From assembly GCF_009914755.1 (NCBI RefSeq), contig NC_060930.1: a DNA stretch of 64,000 nt; one strand, given 5' to 3'. The notes beneath the pieces were generated by a model that saw only the letters and a program-made list of their open reading frames with translations, searched no databases and was not told the origin of the DNA. Shown here in pieces: positions 12,341 to 27,412 of the stretch. This DNA comes from the human T2T-CHM13v2.0 reference genome, Homo sapiens. The translations under genes and the position numbers were made by a program. Numbering within the stretch: position 1 is the stretch's first letter; every line of letters begins with the position of its first letter.

Positions 12341-13099
12341 TTGTTAGTAATGACACAATATTTATGAAGTGCTCTCAATATGCTAGGGAAGAAGAAAGAG
12401 GGAGAGAGAAAAGAAGAAGAAAGGTGATGTCTGAGAGGTGAGTTTTGAGAAACTGAAAGAGAAACCTGGAGGAAAAAAAAAGATACGAGGCCGGAGAGAA
12501 AAGCGGTGTAAATAGAGCTTGAACTTTGTCCGTAGAGATATGGGGAGTTATGGAATGGTTTCTGCAGTGATATAAAATTACTTATTTATAGCTGATTCAT
12601 ATAAATAATTTTGTTCAAATCCCTTTTTCATAGACAGTATAAAATTAAACCTTAGGTTAGCAGGGCCAAATGCTGGCAGGGCCTGAATCTTATACTCAGT
12701 TAATTGGATTGTACATAGTGCACTTCCTACTGCTTCTTAATTTCAAAAGAATGTGCTTTAATCCCAGAAAAATCTTATTGAAAACATATCTTTTGATCCG
12801 AAGTTCATAAGGGCTGTTTTCACGTTTTATAGTCCATAAAGTAATTAGTTCAGGAAGAACTGATTACTTAAAACTCTTTTCTTTTTTAAGAGCAGAATAT
12901 TATCAACAAATAATTTCTCTAAAAGTTTCCTCATCATTTTCAAAAGCCAAATCTTCTACTGAATTTTTCGTATGGAATAATCTGATTATATTTTGATATT
13001 TTGGTCATTAAGAAATTCTGCCAATATTTGTTCTTGAAGGTGTTCTTAGCTTAATTTTATATTTTCTTTTACTCTTTAATCTAGAATGCATTTGTAGAG

Positions 13100-13262
13100 T
13101 CAATGATCCTCAGAAACACATTGGAAATTTGTTTAAAATGGAGATTCTTGACGTCACCCTCGGATTCTGATTTATGAGTCAGGTGTAGACCTGGGAAGGT
13201 TTAACAAGCTTGCAGCTGATTCTAATGCAGGTGGTCTGAGAGGACCACACCAAAACACCCTG
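13100..13262. mobile_element. MER5-type hAT-Charlie fossil
   Basis: GATTCTGATT...TGATTCTAATGCAGGTGGTC motifs. Confidence 0.6.
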
Positions 13263-13617
13263 CCTTACTCCCCCAACCCTGTGTTTTCTGTCTAAACACT
13301 CCCCAATAGCTTTCAATTCCTTTGGGGCCCATAATTTTTAATTAAAATGCCCATTTGTCTATAGAGTATTAGAAAAATATTAAGACCCTAACTATAAGTA
13401 GATTTTCTTAAATCCAGGGAATTATTATGTTCCAGATGTTGGTACTAATAATGGCTAACCTCGGCCGCTGATCCATCTTTTGTTTGATTTTTATAATATA
13501 TGGGGAAGCATAATTTTGTATATATCTAAACCTCTTTAGAAATATGGTTCAATTGCATATGATCTGTCATAAGGGAATTTATATCTCACGAAGTTAAGCG
13601 CATAAACAAAACAAGAC

Positions 13618-13619
<2 letters not shown>

Positions 13620-13659
<40 letters not shown>
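13620..13659. repeat. (CA)n microsatellite
   Basis: About 19 AC units. Confidence 0.95.
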
Positions 13660-13660
<1 letters not shown>

Positions 13661-14804
13661 TTTCATTCAGAAATCCTTGGTTCTAAACCAGTCTCTAATC
13701 AACATGCCAAAAACCCTTGTTTCAAATCACTTTACTCCTCTGTGCTTTGGGATTTCTATTTAAATGGGGTAAGTATTTAATCCTGTATATAGTTACAAAG
13801 CCCAGGGAGAACCTCAGATCAAAGACAAAATTGAAAGAAAGCTTTAGTAGGCCAGAGACATTGGAGTACCAAGGATATAATTGTGAGGTTTTCCTGCTAG
13901 AAAACATCCTCTGAAATGAACTTATAAGTTAACAAATCACCCTTCGCCTGTGTTTGGGGGCAGATGTTAGGCAGAGTCAGGATTTGTTTCCATTCGGTCA
14001 CTTTTCTAAAGAATACAAATCCATCCACCTATTCTTTAATGGTCCTAAATAGCTAACAATGGACAGACAACTCCCTTCCCTTCCTTGCCCAGTTTCCGAG
14101 TCAAGGCGCGCAGTGTTCAGTGTATGACCTGAAGCCTTCTGGAAAGTGGTGATTGGTTAGGGTACTCGCCAGTTTGGCCTTACTTTGAACATCCCAAATT
14201 TATTTCCTTCCCCATTTCAAATATTCCGAAATGAAAGACATTAGGAGCACGTATTCTGGTTAAATACGGTGATTGAAAATATGAATGAATGCCACTCCAT
14301 CATGAAATTTCACTAAATGACAATGAGTCAGCAAATAAGGGGCATAAATATACAAGTTAAAGAGAACAACAGGTAAGAGATTATTTGTCAAGAGCCTGTA
14401 ACTCATTTATTTATTCAACAAATATTTACTGAGCACCTCCTCTGCAAGCAACACAGAATTCAAAACAATTAAATATGTATTACATATACAGCATATATGT
14501 TTACATATAAACAATATATAACATATATAAAGTTACTGGCAGAGTAATATTTTCTTGGATAGTCACAGATGTATTAAGAAACAGGCTTGTTTCAAATTTG
14601 CTTTTTTAATAACCATATTTCTTTAACATATTCTTTTTCATCTTTTACCATTTCTGACATCAGATTGTGTCTTTAACATGGTCTGATTTTTCTTTTGTTG
14701 TAAACTTATTAAACCCATAGAGTCTTATAATTGATGATACCATAAAATAAAGGAAAAGCTTGGAAATTAACCAGCAGAAATTTCAGAAAGGACCCCTTAG
14801 GTTT

Positions 14805-14886
14805 CTTTTTTTTTTTTTTTTTCTTCTGAGACAAAGTCTCACTCTGTCACCCAGGCTGGAGTGTGCAGTGGTGAGATCTCAGCTAA
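14805..14886 (-). mobile_element. Alu 3' fragment
   Basis: T-tail plus ~60 nt of right arm only. Confidence 0.85.
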
Positions 14887-15278
14887 CTTTCATCAGTAAT
14901 GAAACCAGCAGGTGTTCTGCTCCCCAAAAACTTTGTCCACTGTCTCCAGACACTCAGAGCCACATGCTTAACTGTGGCTCATGGGTTAATGCATGTCTGA
15001 ACTTTTTCAGGGTGGAAACTCCCTTTTTTCTTTAGTGTCTAACCCAATGCCCAACATGACATAAGTGCTCAGTAAATATTCAGACAATCCACGTATGAAT
15101 GTGGTTGAGCATCTGTGAGTGGTCTCACCTCCACCCTACATGTGTTACTATGGTCAACCACTTCATCTCTGTGGGTCTCTGCTTGCTCAGCTATAAATTA
15201 TTTGGGATCAGCTCAGCCATAGATTCCCTCCAACTCTAATTATCTCTGAGTAAATGAAGTCATGAAAATATGGGAAAC

Positions 15279-15834
15279 TGAGGCAGGAGAATAGGGTCTA
15301 GAGGCAGGGAACCTAGGGCTGATTCACAATTAATTCCTAGAACTAAATCAAAAGGAAAACCCCCAACTTGCCATGCCCAACTATCAAAAGGACCAGAGGC
15401 TACTCCCTTTACAACCCCCCAACTTTTTCCGCATGGCAGATGAAATATTGAAAGTACCTCTGATTGGTCCCCTTCTGCAACCAATCAGGTTGGTCATGGG
15501 TCAAGTCTTCATTTGCATAGGAGTATAACTTTGTATATACTCTATTTTATCCCCTCCCACAAGCAATCAGACTGATCATGGGCCACCACTTCATTTACAT
15601 AGGGTGTACACCAAGTAAGCAATGGGAAACCTCTAGAGGGTATTTAAGTCCCAGAAAATTGTGTAACTGGGCTCCTGAGCCACTTGCTCAGGTCTGCTCC
15701 CACCCTGTGGAGTATGCTTTCATTTTCAATAAATCTCTGCCTGTGTTGCTTCATTCTTTCCTTGCTTTATTTGCACATTTTGTCCAATTCTTTGTCCAAG
15801 ACACCAAGAACCTGGACACCCTCTACCGGTAACA
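15279..15834 (+). mobile_element. MER51-family solo LTR (ERV1)
   Basis: TG...CA termini, 4-bp TSD AAAC, repeated CCAAT/ATTGG boxes, TATA-like TATTTAA and AATAAA. Confidence 0.85.
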
Positions 15835-16177
15835 AAACTACAGTGATTTTAGAGGGTTTGTTTGAAGTGTGTATTGCTCATGAAGGTAATGCCTTTGATG
15901 ATAACATTTGCTAAACACCACGTAAAGGAAGGGAGGCATTTCCACACTTTGGGTCTCCTCCCATCTCTATCCCCAAGCCTTAAAATTTCTGCTTAAATGG
16001 GAGTCGAAGGAACCCAACAATACTCAGTTGTGTCACTTAAAGGCTGTGCAACATCGGGAAGCTTTCTGTATGTCTTACAGCTAGTTCATATCACAAGCCA
16101 GCCGTTTCATCATGCAAAAGTCTAAAACAACTTACACCTACTTTCTAACATTCTTACGGAAAAACCAATACTGTTGA

Positions 16178-16408
16178 ACAGAGGTGGACAAATTATAGCT
16201 CCTGGCCAAATCTGGCCCACTTCCTGTTTTAATAAATGCAGTTTTATTGGAACACAGCCACACCCTTTTATTTCCCATATTATCTATGGTTAGTTTTCTG
16301 CTGCAATGGTGGAGTGAAATAGTTGCAACAGAGACCATGTGACCTCCAAAACCTGAAATATTTACTATCTGGCCCTTTACAGAAAAAAAGTTTGTGACCC
16401 CAGCCCTA
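16178..16408 (-). mobile_element. MER58A-like DNA transposon
   Basis: GGCCAAATCTGGCCCAC...TACTATCTGGCCCTTTACAGAAAA. Confidence 0.8.
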
Positions 16409-16512
16409 GAAGAAAAGTAATCAAAAATCACAATGGCAGTATTAGTGGTGAAGATAATGGATTCTGCTTCAGTTAAACAGTGTAACTGAGCTTATGATTT
16501 TTCTTTTCCTTC

Positions 16513-16808
16513 TTTTTTTTTTTTTTTTTGAGATGGAGTTTTGCTCTTGTTGCCCAGGCTGGAGTGCAATGGCGCGATCTTGGCTTACCGCAACCTCCAC
16601 CTCCTGGGTTCAAGCGATTCCTGCCTCAGCCCCCTGAGTAGCTGGGATTACAGGCATGCTCCACCATGCCCAGCTAATTTTGGATGTTTGTAGAGATGGG
16701 GTTTCTCCATGTTGGTCAGGCTGGTCTTGAACTCCTGATCTCAGGTAATCCACCTGCCTCGGCCTCCCAAAGTGCTGGTATTACAGGCGTGAGCCACCGC
16801 ACCCAGCC
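16513..16808 (-). mobile_element. Alu (Sp/Sq-like)
   Basis: Full dimer with TSD TGATTTTTCT. Confidence 0.92.
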
Positions 16809-17019
16809 GTGATTTTTCTATTACCTAGGTCCTTTTGTTGGCTACACACCATGACTGCTTCTGTTTGGGAGTTGAGAACATCTGGTAGGTTAAATTGGCA
16901 ATATTTGACTGATTTGACCTACAATATGTGGTCAACTTCATGTGACTCAACCTAATACTTTGGCTTCCTTCAGTGTGTTCAGTTTCAATTCCCCGCTCCC
17001 TTTGTAGTCTTCCAGCTAC

Positions 17020-17500
17020 CTCAGTGATTCTTAATCTTAGCTGTGTATTAGAATCATCTGAAGAACTTAAAAAAAAAAAAATCAATGCCCAGGTCACACC
17101 CAGGACCAAGTGAAGCCGAATCTCAAGGGGGAGAAACCAAGCCCTTGGTAATTTTGGAAAGCACCCCAGGTGATTCTGAAGTGCAGTAAGGCTTGAGAAC
17201 TATGGAATTACCAAGAGCTTTTGGCAATACGCATGTGCTAGGTGCTATAGACTCCTTCCAATTGGAGAAAAGAATGTGGACAATTGTAATAAATAATTGG
17301 GGCAAGCCGGCATAGTGGTTCTCAAACATTAGCATGCAACCAATCACCTGGTGGGCTTGTGAAAACACAGATTTTTGGTGCCAACCCCTCAGTTTCTGAT
17401 TCTGTAGGTCTGGGTTGAGGCCCGAGCCTTTGTAATTCTAACAAATTCCTGGGTGACGTTGATACCATTGGTCCAGGACCCACACTTTGAAAACCACTGT
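17020..17500. mobile_element. Two MER5-type elements (~17020-17200 and ~17313-17500)
   Basis: AGTGGTTCTCAA...TTGAAAACCACTG-type termini. Confidence 0.75.
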
Positions 17501-18527
17501 ACCATTACCATCTTCCGTGGGCCCAGTGCCTAGCTCATAGTAAGTCCTTTGTATGTGTTTGCTGAACAGATAATGGAATTCTGGCGGAGTCTATGCTGGC
17601 AATTCGTCTGTGTTAGATGCTAGGATATAGCAGTGAACAAGACAAACAGTATCTGTCCTCATGGAACATACACTCTAGAGAGAAATACATGACCTCAAGA
17701 GTGGGTATGAATGCTGCAAAAGGGAAGCATGGAATACTGTAGTGGCCCATAGAAATCACTGAGCCCAGGGCTTCCTAGCCTTCTGAAAATCCCTCTTTTA
17801 AATAGCATTTTGCCAAGGTCTATCATCACTAGGTCAACTGGAAAACAGGGAGAGAATGCTCACTTGGAAAGATTGTTGAGTTGTGTGGGGGCAGGAAGAC
17901 AGAGAGAGAGAGAGAGAAAGCACGTGCACTGCTTGATAAATAAAAAGAAGAGTAAAAAGTGAGCCTCACCAGGAGTCAGATTTAGGTTCCTACTTTGTTC
18001 TTATTGCCACTGGCTATAAACATAGGCCTATTTAATCAATTATGAAATTAGATTGCCTCTAATATATCTATAGTCCTCATAATTCCCAAGAGGAAGGCTA
18101 TGGAGGTGTGAGTGAAGATTATATAGCTCTTTCCTCTGCCCCCCTCACATACATACAGTGTCCAGAGTGCTAGCCCATCTTAGAATTAGAGGTCTCCACT
18201 TCCAGTTATTTGAGCTACTTAAGATTGCAAAGACCCAAGACACATTCAGACTCAGGTGGTCTCAGCTAATGGGGCCTTTCTGTAAGGACACAAAGAGAAG
18301 TGTGGGAGAAACAAAAAGGGTTTCAGCAGCAACAATATTCAGGCCTTGAGCTGGTAGGTTGGTTAGCTGGGATACTGCGGTGATTCTGATGGCACAATTT
18401 CCCCTTTAATCTTCATTTCCATGGCTCAGTTGCTGTTCCCTCTGCCCACGCAGGTCTACAGGCCCACTAAGAGCACCCCCTGTCTCTCAAAATGGTTACA
18501 GCCTCATATTATCTTCATAACCAATAG

Positions 18528-18931
<404 letters not shown>

Positions 18932-20254
18932 TAAAGTCCCAGTAATCTTGTCCACAGGGAAATCCATGAATAAAGTACTACACCAATAATAGATTTTGGT
19001 GGAGTAGAATTTTTCCTGACTGACTACTGCAAGACAATTAGTAAGTTTCTCCACAATTCCCTCCTTCCATCCTCTTCCCATTCCTCTAGTTGTTTTCCTC
19101 TGAGTGCTCTCTTAATAGGTATTAACATTTTTTAAACGTCTTCTTATCTCCAAGCAGGATGGTGGTGGTTTTAGCAGGGAGAGGAGGAGTTGCAGGACTA
19201 CGCTCACTGGAGAAGCTCCCAGCAACCATAATCAGGCAGCCAGAGAGCTCACCCCACCCCATCTACAAAAACAACCAGTATATATTGAAATTTGTGGAGC
19301 TCCCTAAGTCACAAGTCTCAAATCTATTTATAATACTGATTATGGGGTCCCTTTGGTTCAATTATTATTTAAGAGAGTAGTCTGGGACATGAAGTAGCAT
19401 GTGCTTGGGACATAAAATCAATTATAGGGCTATGTGGGCCTTATTCTAGTTGAAAACAGTTGTGGAGTATTTCCAGGGCCCCACTTCCAGAACTCTGCCA
19501 GAACCCCAGCTCTGTAGCACATGCTGACTGCTCTTCCTCCTAACTTCTATAATAGCTGAATCATTCTTCTGGAGTTGCCTTGCCTCTTCTCTCCACCACT
19601 ATATGTGTTTTTTAGTTTTCTCTACTCAGTGGATTTCACCCTCTGTCCCAGATATCTAACCCCTTTGGCAGAGCCGTGAGATAATCTTCTACCCTTCTAC
19701 AGACCCCTAGTCCATGATTTTCTTTCCTTATCTTTTATCTTTGTTTGTATCACTATAGAGAAGGAAGTCCCAGGAGTTTAAAAAAAAAAAAAAGAAAGAA
19801 AGAAAATAAAGACAGACCCAAAATATGACTCAGAATTAGAGCTTCAATGAAGGAACACTCTCTGGGCCACCAGGCAGGAGTTGCATTCTTGCCAACCCTT
19901 CCTATGAGCAGGCAGGCAATGCCACCATTCAGACTATGTAAGTCATTTTGAAACTGATTGCAGTTGGCGCTTTTATTGGTGTCCTTCCTTTGAAGTTGAC
20001 TTACAGATCATTGGTGGTTTTGTCTGCAGAACCTGGTGCCAAGGTGAAGTGAAAAACCTTTGCTCACAAAGCAATATTCTTAACAGTCTTTTGTCCTGGG
20101 CTACCTACCTATCCAATTAAAGGTGAATACAGATAGGTTGGTGGATGGATAGGGATGGCTAGATGATTTGATGCTATGCTAGAGCAAGTAGTGTAAGATG
20201 TCAATTGTAGATCTAGGCCTAAGTGTATGGGTGTTTGCTTTAAAAATCTTTTGA

Positions 20255-20548
<294 letters not shown>

Positions 20549-20701
20549 CTTTTGATTTTTCTGGACTTTTAAAATATTCATAATAAAATGTTGACAGGAA
20601 GGGTGAACGCCATGCACTAGTAACGTTAGTGGTACATTATAAACATTTGAAAGCTGAGCATACAAGTAAGACTGGAGAGAACTTATGGGATTTTTGTGGG
20701 G

Positions 20702-20704
<3 letters not shown>

Positions 20705-20748
<44 letters not shown>
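20705..20748. repeat. (TG)n microsatellite
   Basis: About 22 TG units at the tail of the adjacent Alu. Confidence 0.95.
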
Positions 20749-20755
<7 letters not shown>

Positions 20756-20759
20756 TTGT

Positions 20760-21048
20760 GTTTTTTGGAGGCATGGTCTGGCTCTGTTGCCCAGGCTGGA
20801 GCATAGTGGCACTATCATGGCTCACTGCAACCTCTGCCTCCCAGGCTCAAGCTGTCCTCCTACCTCAGCCTCCTGAATAGCTGGGACTGCAGGCATGCGT
20901 CACCACATGGGGCTAATTTTTGTATTTTTTGTAGAGACAGGGTTTCGCCATGTTGCCCAAGCTGCTCTCGAACTCCTGGTCTCAAGTGATCCACCTGCCT
21001 CCACCTCCCAAAGTGCTGGGATTACAGGTGTGATCAACTGGACTTGAC
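20760..21048 (-). mobile_element. Alu (J-like)
   Basis: Full dimer. Confidence 0.9.
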
Positions 21049-21129
21049 CTTTTTAAAAAATTAAATGGCTTATACTTATAAGTTAATGATTTCTTTACTC
21101 CGTATTTTCTAAATTAAAGACAGATGTTT

Positions 21130-21459
<330 letters not shown>

Positions 21460-22184
21460 TTAAAGGAAATATACTATCTGATGCCAAACCTCTGATCATT
21501 TACTAACATGCGGAAAAAGGATGAGTTTTGGTGTCAGATGGTAATAAGAACATGCCCTGCCTCTTCCATTATGGGAAGTGACTTCATCTCTCTGAGCCTC
21601 AGTTTTTTTCATGTATCATGTGTGTTTTGTGGGGGAGGGTTTGGGGGATAATACCTACATCTTAAAGTTATAAGGTTTAAATGTTCTGTAAGAGATAAAG
21701 TAAAAAAGATAAAGTACCCTGTAAATATTACTTAAGAAAAGAAATCAAGTAAAATAATTTTTAACCTAAAAAGACTTTTTTGTTATCCAAACATTTCAGA
21801 CACGACCCCCAAAATTTGGCCAATGCTGTGTGAATGGCACCACTAGAGGATTTTGAAAGATCAGAGGTCCTGAAGACCCTCAATTAAATTCTCCTTTAAG
21901 TCTGAAGCCCCTAAAATGTATCACACATTTAATGGTTTTTTTCCACTCTTAGGAAAAAGATGGAAATAAAATATTGTGGCTTTTAACTGGAGTTCTTCAG
22001 TAAATTACACAAAATCTGAGTGTGACTTTCACAGAAAGATACTTTGCCTGTTATTGAAACATATGGAGTCTATCATGCTCGTGAAGTTTCTGTGAGAAAC
22101 CTTTGTCCCAGACTACTGTTTAATGTTGCTCCCAAGAACAGGGTGGGACTTATCCGTTTGACCTGTCTCCGAAGAGAAATGGAA

Positions 22185-22560
22185 CTATGAGCATATTAGC
22201 AAAGCAACCCAAAACTTAGTGTCTTAAAATAACAGCCATAAGTTCCTTCTGGTGAATCTCTAGTTCTGCTGACCTCAGATGCCTTCCCTCAAGCAACTGC
22301 CATCTGCTCTGCCTCTGGATTGGGCTGGATGAGGAGCCTGGGCTGTTTGTTCACAAGGCAGCTCAGCAGAGTTTGAAAGGGGCAGGTGGAAGCGTGCATT
22401 GTCTCTAGAGATGAGGGCTCAGCACAGACAGTCACTTCTTTTGCAGTCTCTTGGTCTAAGCAGGCCACAGGATCAGCTGAGAGTCAAGCGGAGTGGACAC
22501 AGACTCCACCACTGCAGAGGGAGCTGAATAATTGCAGCCACTTTTGCAAACAATCCATCA
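22185..22560. mobile_element. MLT1-type LTR
   Basis: CCCAAAACTTAGTGTCTTAAAATAACA...CAGACTCCACC...TTTTGCAAACAATC. Confidence 0.65.
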
Positions 22561-23179
22561 AAGCTAGCACCACAGCAATCCTCTGCACCCTGAAAGGTGC
22601 CACCAGAAGGGTCAGCATGTCTTCCCCTTTAAAGCATAAGCACAGTTGTTGAAACAGAATCCAGTTTCAAGATTGCTCATCAAAAGATGAGAAACCTGAA
22701 ACAAGGAAATCTTGTGAGCAGATGGAAGGCCAGTAAGATAACATCTGAACATTCTATAATATTACTTTGGATGGAGAACAAAATAGCAATAGATAATCTG
22801 TTCACTAGTCTCTGAGTCTCCTGACGTCATGAAATTGATGACATCATGATGTCATGATTTATTTTTTAAATATTCAAAATTAGGTCTAACTCAGAAAACA
22901 GAGTTATTCCTGTGTTGGACATCAAAGGGCCTTTTATATTCTGCAGTACATTCATGTGCATATTCTAGAGAAACCTTGAGAAACAGCTTTTCCCTAGCTG
23001 AGATGTGTAAGTCCTGAGTGCCTGGTCTGCAGGCTTCTCCTCATGAGCAGGAAGCCCATGGAATCTTCTGGACTCCTGAGCTAGAAATAATCCTTCTCCC
23101 CTCTCGCCTCAAAGAACAGTTTATGAATATTTTCATCTCTCTTTACCCTTTATACACATACTTCATCTTCCTCACAAGA

Positions 23180-23351
23180 TTTATTTATTTATTTATTTAT
23201 TTTTTGAGACAGGGTCTCACTCTGTCACCCAGGCTAGAGTGCAGTGGTGCGATCACGGCTCACTGCAGCCTGAAACTCCTGGCATCAAGTGATCCTCCTA
23301 CCTCAGCCTCCCAAAGTGCTGGGATTATAGGAATGAGCCGCCATGTCTAGC
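23180..23351 (-). mobile_element. Monomer-length Alu (FRAM-like or arm-recombined)
   Basis: Right-arm 3' end joined to a left-arm-like 5' end; (TTTA)n tail. Confidence 0.85.
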
Positions 23352-23949
23352 TTCTCATAAGATTTTTATGTCAGACCGCTTTTTTTTCTATTCATCTTGG
23401 TGTCTCCCATAGCACTTAATACAGTGCCTCCTATATACTGGAGCAGAGCAGGGCTGTTATTTAGCTGTGTGTGTCACTCATAGTTGGTGTCCCTTCTGAT
23501 TGCTTAGTAACCATACCATATCACTAGTAAATAAACACACACACGCATGCACGCACGCATGCACACACACACGGGGAGGGAGAGAGATTCATTTGATTAA
23601 TAAAGAATCTGTGGACATTGAATCTATTATTATATGGGATTATATACTCCAAAATGCCCTCCTAGTCCAATATAACTAGCTCCTGTATACATTTCAACAA
23701 ACATACTTTTAAAAAGAATTTTTAGCCTCGGAAAAATGTAGGCGGAATCTCTAAACCTCCCACCCAAGGAAGACAAAAGAATAAGAGGACAGAGAGGCCT
23801 AGCAGACAAAATCCAAGCCATACGCAGCAAGTAACCCCAGAAGCGGAAGCCACCCTGGCAGAACATACTCTTACCATCTCTGGAACATGGAGACCTCCAC
23901 ATTCATCCGGGACCCCCAGAGGGGACTAAAGTGCTTCCAGGTTGGTAGC

Positions 23950-24540
23950 TGTGGTGCGCAGAATTCTAAAGATGACCCCTTCATGCAGAGTCCTGTGCCT
24001 TACTTATGCAAATGCTAAGCTAGGCACAGCTATGAAAGAGTTTTGCAGTTGTCACTAAACTCCCGAGTCAGCCACCCTGCATGAAGATCATACTGGTGGG
24101 CCTAGCCCAGCAGGCAAGCCCTTTAAAGCAGAGAATTTTCTCTAGAAAGTAGCAGAAGAGGAAGTCAGAGAAATTCAAAGCGTGAGGGGATTCACGCCTA
24201 TTACTGGCTTTGAGGATATAGGGGTCCTCATGCAAGGAACAGAGAAGCCCCTAGAGCTGAGAGTCACTCCCACCTGACAGCCAGCAAGGAAGGGGTCCTC
24301 CGTCCTCACCAGCCACAGGATCTGAATTCTGTCAACAGCCTGAAGGAGGTCGAAAGCTGATTCTTCTTCTCAAGGACGTCCAGATAAGCGCGCCATCCAG
24401 CATCTGCCTCCATTTTGACCCTGTGAGACCCTAAGGACCCAGCCCTCTCCTAGCCTGTGGACCACATCCCTGTGAGCTCATAAAGGAGGGTTGTTTTAAG
24501 TGGCTAAGTCTGTGGTAATATGTTATGTAGCAACATGTGT
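23950..24540 (+). mobile_element. MLT1-type LTR
   Basis: TGTGGT..CAGAATTCTAAAGATGACCCC start; GTTGTTTTAAG...TGTTATGTAGCAA end. Confidence 0.75.
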
Positions 24541-24759
24541 GACTATGAAGTTTAAAGGTATGAATTTTAAAGGGGAAAGGGAATACAAGCCGCCTACTCC
24601 TGATAACTGGTTAAAAGGAAAACTGTCACCAGATAAAATCAAGTCTCAGTGAAGGGAAAGAGATCAGGCAGCACTGAAGTTTGACATGTGCCTGTCAAAA
24701 TGAGAAGATGATAGGATGACCAGAAAGATGCTCACAAACACAGTTATCAAATATCAAGT

Positions 24760-24922
24760 TCTCCTCCCTTCCTTCCTTCCTACATTCCTTCCTCCCTCCT
24801 TCCCTCCCTTCTTCCTTCTTCCTTCCTTTCTTCATTCCTTCCTTTTCTTCTTTCTTTCCTTCATTTTCTTCTTTCTTTCCTTCCTTCTTTCTCCCTCTTT
24901 CTTCCTTTCTCTTTCTTTTTCT
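24760..24922. repeat. Polypyrimidine (CTTC/CTTT)n low-complexity tract
   Basis: About 160 nt almost purely C/T. Confidence 0.9.
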
Positions 24923-25241
24923 GTCACAGGATAGAAGATTACATTCATAAAGCTACATGAAAAGCACATATCTCTGCTTTTCATAAAGCAGAAAATACCA
25001 CAGTCAGATGGAGGTAGATCTTCCTACTTCCCAAAAAGTTTCCCAAAGGGATATATAGCTGTAACTGTACATTCCTACCATCTTAGAGTGAGGATTCTGC
25101 CAGGCATGAAAAACTCCTTTGTCCCCTCCTGCCTGATGCTGATGGAAACCCCGCCTTCCTGCCTCTCCTAACACCTTCCTGTTTGCTCTAGATGCAGCGA
25201 GATGAAGGCAAATGTCCCGAGAGCACCGTGAGCAGGCTTAG

Positions 25242-25580
<339 letters not shown>

Positions 25581-25675
25581 TGAGGGTTTCTTGATGGTTG
25601 AAGGGGAGCTTCAGAAGGCTCAGGGAAAACAATGTGAGGTGCATCTGAGAAGTGAACTAGCACTCAGAAATGTGG

Positions 25676-25850
25676 GGCCGGGTGCAGCAGCTCATGCTTG
25701 TAATCCCAGCACTTTGGGAGGCCAAGGCAGGAGGATCGCTTGAGCCCAGGAGTTCCAGGTGGTAGTGAGCTATGATTGTGCCACTGTACTCCAGCCTGGG
25801 CAACAAAGCAAGACCCCATCTCTAAAAATGAAAGGAAGAAAAAAAGAAAT
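25676..25850 (+). mobile_element. Alu monomer (FRAM/FAM-like)
   Basis: Single arm with TSD-like AGAAATGT. Confidence 0.85.
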
Positions 25851-26156
25851 GTAGGCCCTGAACATGACTCTGTCATTTTGGGCCTGATGGTGTTAAGCCA
25901 TTTAATCTTTCTGACATAATGTATTGTGTGGGGGGTGGGGTCAGGGTGCTGAAGGGGGCAGGGCAGGGAGAAGACAGGAGCTTTCCCAACTATGCTGAGA
26001 GAATTGTTGTTTTTTCACTTGGACACATGAAAAAATGACAAAATTCATAAACTCTAGGGGAATTGTCGGATTTAAGTCATAGTTCTATTGATCTTACAAT
26101 AGTGTAAATATTTTTTCCCAATCAAAGATGTACTACAGTCACTTCCACGTTGCTCA

Positions 26157-26708
<552 letters not shown>

Positions 26709-27412
26709 TGAATATGTACTCTGCTTGCACATACTTTTTTTTTTTAACTTCCTTATTTATTGACTTGATCAGTTGTGATTTCTGTGATGGTGACTGTGTT
26801 TACTTGGGGAAAAAACCCAAACAGAAGTCCTGTTTATTGTTTTTCTCAAAAACGTCTAAGAGATTAGCAAGGCAAACTCTGTTGTCAGGAAAAGTCATGG
26901 GCAACCCAGAAGTATTTAATGCTTATAAAATTGTAAGTGTATGTAAGATGCTAATATAGTTGAGCTAAACTATAAGGAATGGGACTGTGTACCCCTGCAA
27001 TTGCATACAAAGTTATGTATAACTGTGCTTTTCTCCACGAAAAGGGTCTTTAGGATTTGAGAACTCTTTAGTCTTGACCCCTTTAGTTACGGTTTTCTTG
27101 GATGCAAATGACAGGAACCTAACTTAACTATCTCAGCCACATCTTCAGAAGGTAGGAGTGGGGATAGCCTCAAAGGCAGCTGGAGGCAGAGACTACAATA
27201 GCATCAGTGTTGTTTCTGCTTCTTCTGTGGGTCAGCTTCATTCTCTCAAGCCACCAGCAGCTTCAGACTCATATCCTGATAAGCTTGCTACCTCCCAGCT
27301 CCAAGTATGAACATCTCAGGGAAAGACACTCCCTTACTGGCCCAGCCTGAGTCCATGCTGCTTGGGTCAGGTTCCCTAGAAGTAGACCCTGCCATGAGGC
27401 TGTGTGTGCGCG

